A DNA stretch of 63,303 nucleotides, filler included, from Trichodelitschia bisporula (Eukaryota): the NCBI GenBank assembly GCA_010356995.1. It is 9 parts of 5 records of this genome, joined end to end, with 100 filler letters (N's around TTAATTAATTAA, not from the genome) between each part and the next. Parts side by side here need not be neighbours in the genome. Positions count along the whole stretch, not along the records: positions 59,822 to 62,045 come from ML996693.1; positions 62,146 to 63,303 come from ML996696.1; 7 more parts are not named here. One strand, 5' to 3'. Shown here in pieces: positions 59,822 through 63,303 of this stretch. Both the position numbers and the translations under genes were made by a program. The notes under the pieces are model-generated. The model had not been told where the DNA came from, did no database searches, and saw nothing but the letters and a program-made list of their open reading frames with translations. Within the stretch, counting starts at the first letter, position 1. The number at the start of each line of letters is the position of its first letter.

Positions 59822-61226
59822 GTCAGGAAGACAGGTTGGCGCATCTTGGGACCGATATGCATTGAATGGCGCCTCCTCAGCGGTGGGTAAGATCTTGAGT
59901 ACAGTGTTGAGATCTTCCCTACTGGTTAGCTTTCTTGCATGTGGTGAAAACTGGTAAGTCAAAACACAGGCGTACCAACCATTTACCGCTTTGATTGCTT
60001 CAACCACTGTGAGCGTTTCGGCCACCTCGGTCGGCTGCAAAACAGAGAGTATCTCCTTTGCAAACGCGGCTGCCGTCCCTGCCGCGTATGGCTGCCAGCT
60101 CTTGTTCTTATGCGAGTCCGCATAGTCGCATATTCCCCGCACAACAAGGCACGGAAAACTGTTCATGAGCCCCGCCGCCTCCATCTCAAAGCAGAGCACG
60201 CCTCCAAGCTCCACGCTGAGTCTGTCCCTTATCGTCGCATCTCGCATGACTTGGTTCCCGGAGGCTATGGTACCGTAATGGACGACAAAATCCTCGCTGC
60301 GCGGCTGCCGTCGTACCACGTACTCTTTCCGGCACTTCTGGCAGTCGTCAGGTCCCCCCTCATGATTGTAGGTAGCGTCGTATAAATCATCCGGTCCGGT
60401 TTTGTCCCGTGCAAATATTGGGTCCTGGGCGAGCTTCCAAAGAGAGTGTGAGAAGCCGACTCTCTCTCGGAGGCTATTGGCCTTAAGGCTTGGTATTGCC
60501 TTCAGGAAAACCTGTGGGGGGGAATTGAGAAATCCAGTCCGTTCAAACTTGTCTGGTGTCGTCTTGCCGAAGTCGTACTGCACTACTCCGCCGTGATCCT
60601 TGAACGGTTGACTGACGATGACATCCCCAAGCCGTACATCGGCTGTACTCGGCACACCACCTCCGATGCCCACCATCAGGCCGAGCCGAACAGAGTTGAA
60701 TGTCAACTGCATCTGGGTAGCAACCGAGGCTGCCGCATTGGTTCCCATTTGGCCTATGGGTAGGCACGCAATCACGACATTGTGTTCACCGATACGGCCG
60801 AGCTCATAGGTGTTGGAATCAGCCGCATTCGAACGGAGGCTCTGATGCACTTCGTCAAGCATCTGTTTGGCTGCCGCGAGTTCGATCGAGAGGGCGCATA
60901 TCCATCCTATTGTGTATTCCTCGCGCTTCAGTTGGCGTCTGGTGTTGGACTGAGTCAGGCTCTCTCGCAGCATCCGAGCCGAAGTCGTGTGCGTATGAGA
61001 CAGCTGGACAGTATCAGTCAATTTGGATTCGATGTCTGTGGAGCTTTGGGCGGGCCACGCGGACCGAACCTACCTTCTCAGCCAGTTGCTGTTTGTCGCT
61101 CGGCAAGTCGACATCTTCGAACGCAACATCCTCGCTGGAAGACGAGGCTCTGTCCCTCGATGACGAGATCTTCAGCCTCTTCGACGGCTGGATCAAATCG
61201 TCCGGCCCGAGCGTCTTTGGCGCCAT
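59822..61226 (-). CDS. NLR 5' half: PNP_UDP_1 and start of NACHT; partial
   Basis: MAPKTLGPDDL exon, intron, complete PNP_UDP domain, second intron, then LPTAEEAPFNAY..TCLPD. Confidence 0.9.
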
Positions 61227-62145
61227 CCGCAGGGCTGTACAACTTTTGACGGAGCCGGCAATGCCGTCTTGAGTAAGGCGGTGATGGTGGAGCAACGGCT
61301 CTTGAGAAAGCTGCTAGTGAGGAGGGCTACTGATTGTGCTCAGCCTCACTGGCTTCGCACTGTACGCAAATTGCGAGAGACGGATCATAAAAAGGTATAC
61401 GTACTGGTGATGTAACTGCCTGATCCGATGATAGCAGGAGATGCTCTGTACAAAAAAACCAGGGAGGAAGGCCAGATGATGAGTGAAGCGTGCGTACCAG
61501 AATAGAGGGTGCGGAGCATGAACCGGAGGGACGTGAGAGCTTTACCCCTCCTTATCGAAGGCCTTGCTTACATACACATGCGCCTCTGTAGCCTACATGC
61601 ATTATGTATTGGGGCCCTCCACCAATATCAAGGCTTGGATTCACGGCTGAGAGAACAGACAGCCTGATGGCATATGACACTGGCTGCACGCTCTGCTGCA
61701 GCCTGAGGCTGAGCGCTGATGTGGCCTGCGCGCGGAGGCTATGTCCTCAGGCCGGTGGCGGGTCATTGACCCGGACGTTGTGGTTCTCTTTTGTTGGTGA
61801 GGCGCTTTTGGCACGGCAAATGTGAATGAACAATTGTTTACTTTCTGCTCTCCCCCCCGGCCATCATCTCTCAGTGCCGTACCGCGGACGGCCCTTTGAG
61901 GGGGGCTTGGCGCGACCAGGGTGTTCTCCTCCCCCTCTTCACACCCCTCGACAAACCTCCGCGCCTGCGCATCGACACTTCTTAATTCTCTTTCCGCCTT
62001 CTGCAACAGAAAGTCAGGGCTACCATCGCGTTACCCCATCTTCAANNNNNNNNNNNNNNNNNNNNNNNNNNNNNNNNNNNNNNNNNNNNTTAATTAATTA
62101 ANNNNNNNNNNNNNNNNNNNNNNNNNNNNNNNNNNNNNNNNNNNN

Positions 62146-62430
62146 ATCGCCCTGACAGAGAGGTTGGTGCTCTTCGTCGAGCATTTTCCGGGGTGCTGCA
62201 AGTTCAATGTCAAGCGCGCAAATCCATCCTATTGTATAGTCTTCGTGACGAAGTCGGCGGGTTGACTTTCTGTTGGTGGTTCTCTGGAGGGCAAGTGGTA
62301 AGGTTGAGGTCTGGCTGACATTGCTCGCGTGGGGCAGGTGTGGTGGTCTCACCAGCAACAGGTGAGGGTCGTGAAATACTGAAGAGGCATGGAAGCGGTC
62401 CCGTGTCGGGATCCGCTTTGCAGGTGCCAT
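62146..62430 (-). CDS. 5' end of a PNP_UDP NLR (MAPAKR leader); partial, with small indels
   Basis: [22 protein letters not shown]. Region 62146-63303 is an inverted duplicate of 56197-57350. Confidence 0.75.
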
Positions 62431-63303
62431 CTTGGAAATAATGATGCTAGTCAAGAAACTGCGGACTTGTGCAAATGCAGGAGTGGAACTTGTGGTTAAA
62501 GGCGAGGCTGGGTGCTTCCGGCTGAGCTCAACTGCGGGGCAGAATGCCAAGAATGAGGCTGTGAGCTGTCGGGCGCGGAGGGGAGGACGAGATTAAAGGA
62601 GACAGCTACATGCCACAGAGCATCTAATTCTTCTACCAACTGATCAGTTCATAGACGAAGACTTCGCTGGAGGACATACCCGGTCGTTCATCCATGTGCA
62701 CTGCCCACGCTGCTTGTGCCGTCTATGCCCGCGTCGTAGGTGCTGTACGGGATATCGAGACTGACCAGGGCTCGAGCATAAACAGGCTCGGGAGGATGCC
62801 GGAGTGGCGGTCATGGTTTTGGGCGGGAGTTTGGCAGCGCAGTGAGGAACAGACGGCGCATACAGACCGTTCTGATGGAGGAGATACGTAGTTGATTCTG
62901 TGGAAGAGGTGGCCGGATAATGTGTGAGATGGGTGTTAGCAAGCGTCCTGGTGCTAGATTGAACGCTCGATTGGAGTTGAGCAGACGACATCGTATCAGT
63001 CATGTTGTATCGTGTCGTCAGCGCGGGACTCGAGAAATATACAGTACCGTGGAACAATTGAGCCCGCGGGAGCGTGCGGCCATTCCAACTGCGAAAGAAA
63101 GGCCTCATCCCCATCGAGGAGAAACGATTGTCCATCCACAACTCCACAACTTGTCGTCAACAGACCAACAATGGCAAAAGGTTGAAGTGCTAGACAGCGC
63201 CTAGCTTCCCCTCGAACTAGCCTAGCGGCTCCTCCCGTCCATTAAGCGGCCCCATGTGGCCCGTATCCATCGCATTCCCGGCCTCGCAAGTACCCCATTC
63301 TAC

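Overview
Filamentous-ascomycete DNA (spliceosomal introns, intron-containing tRNA) made of nine contigs joined by eight 100-nt N/TTAATTAATTAA spacers, so adjacency across gaps is unproven. Most of the window is a repeat-rich fungal immunity / cell-death island. It holds seven or more NLR genes or fragments (PNP_UDP-NACHT with WD40 or TPR ends). It also holds two intact HET-Q1/RCD-1-like gasdermin genes, each head-to-head with a TPR repeat gene. In the one fully visible case that partner is a TPR-CHAT caspase-like protease, giving the order NLR -> <- TPR-CHAT | gasdermin ->. A shattered DUF3435 tyrosine recombinase (Starship captain-like), missed by the ORF track, lies at about 39.7-40.3 kb and points into the island. 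Other accessory items are a fold-back Copia insertion with two identical LTR ends and a 5-bp TSD, solo LTRs, a hAT end, HNH and DEDDh nuclease pseudogenes, and a BET2::WD40 chimera beside an intact MOG1. A more ordinary block (tRNA-Ile, allantoinase, a hypothetical gene) is bracketed by inverted DUF3176 paralogs. All family calls come from motif recognition by eye; no searches were run.
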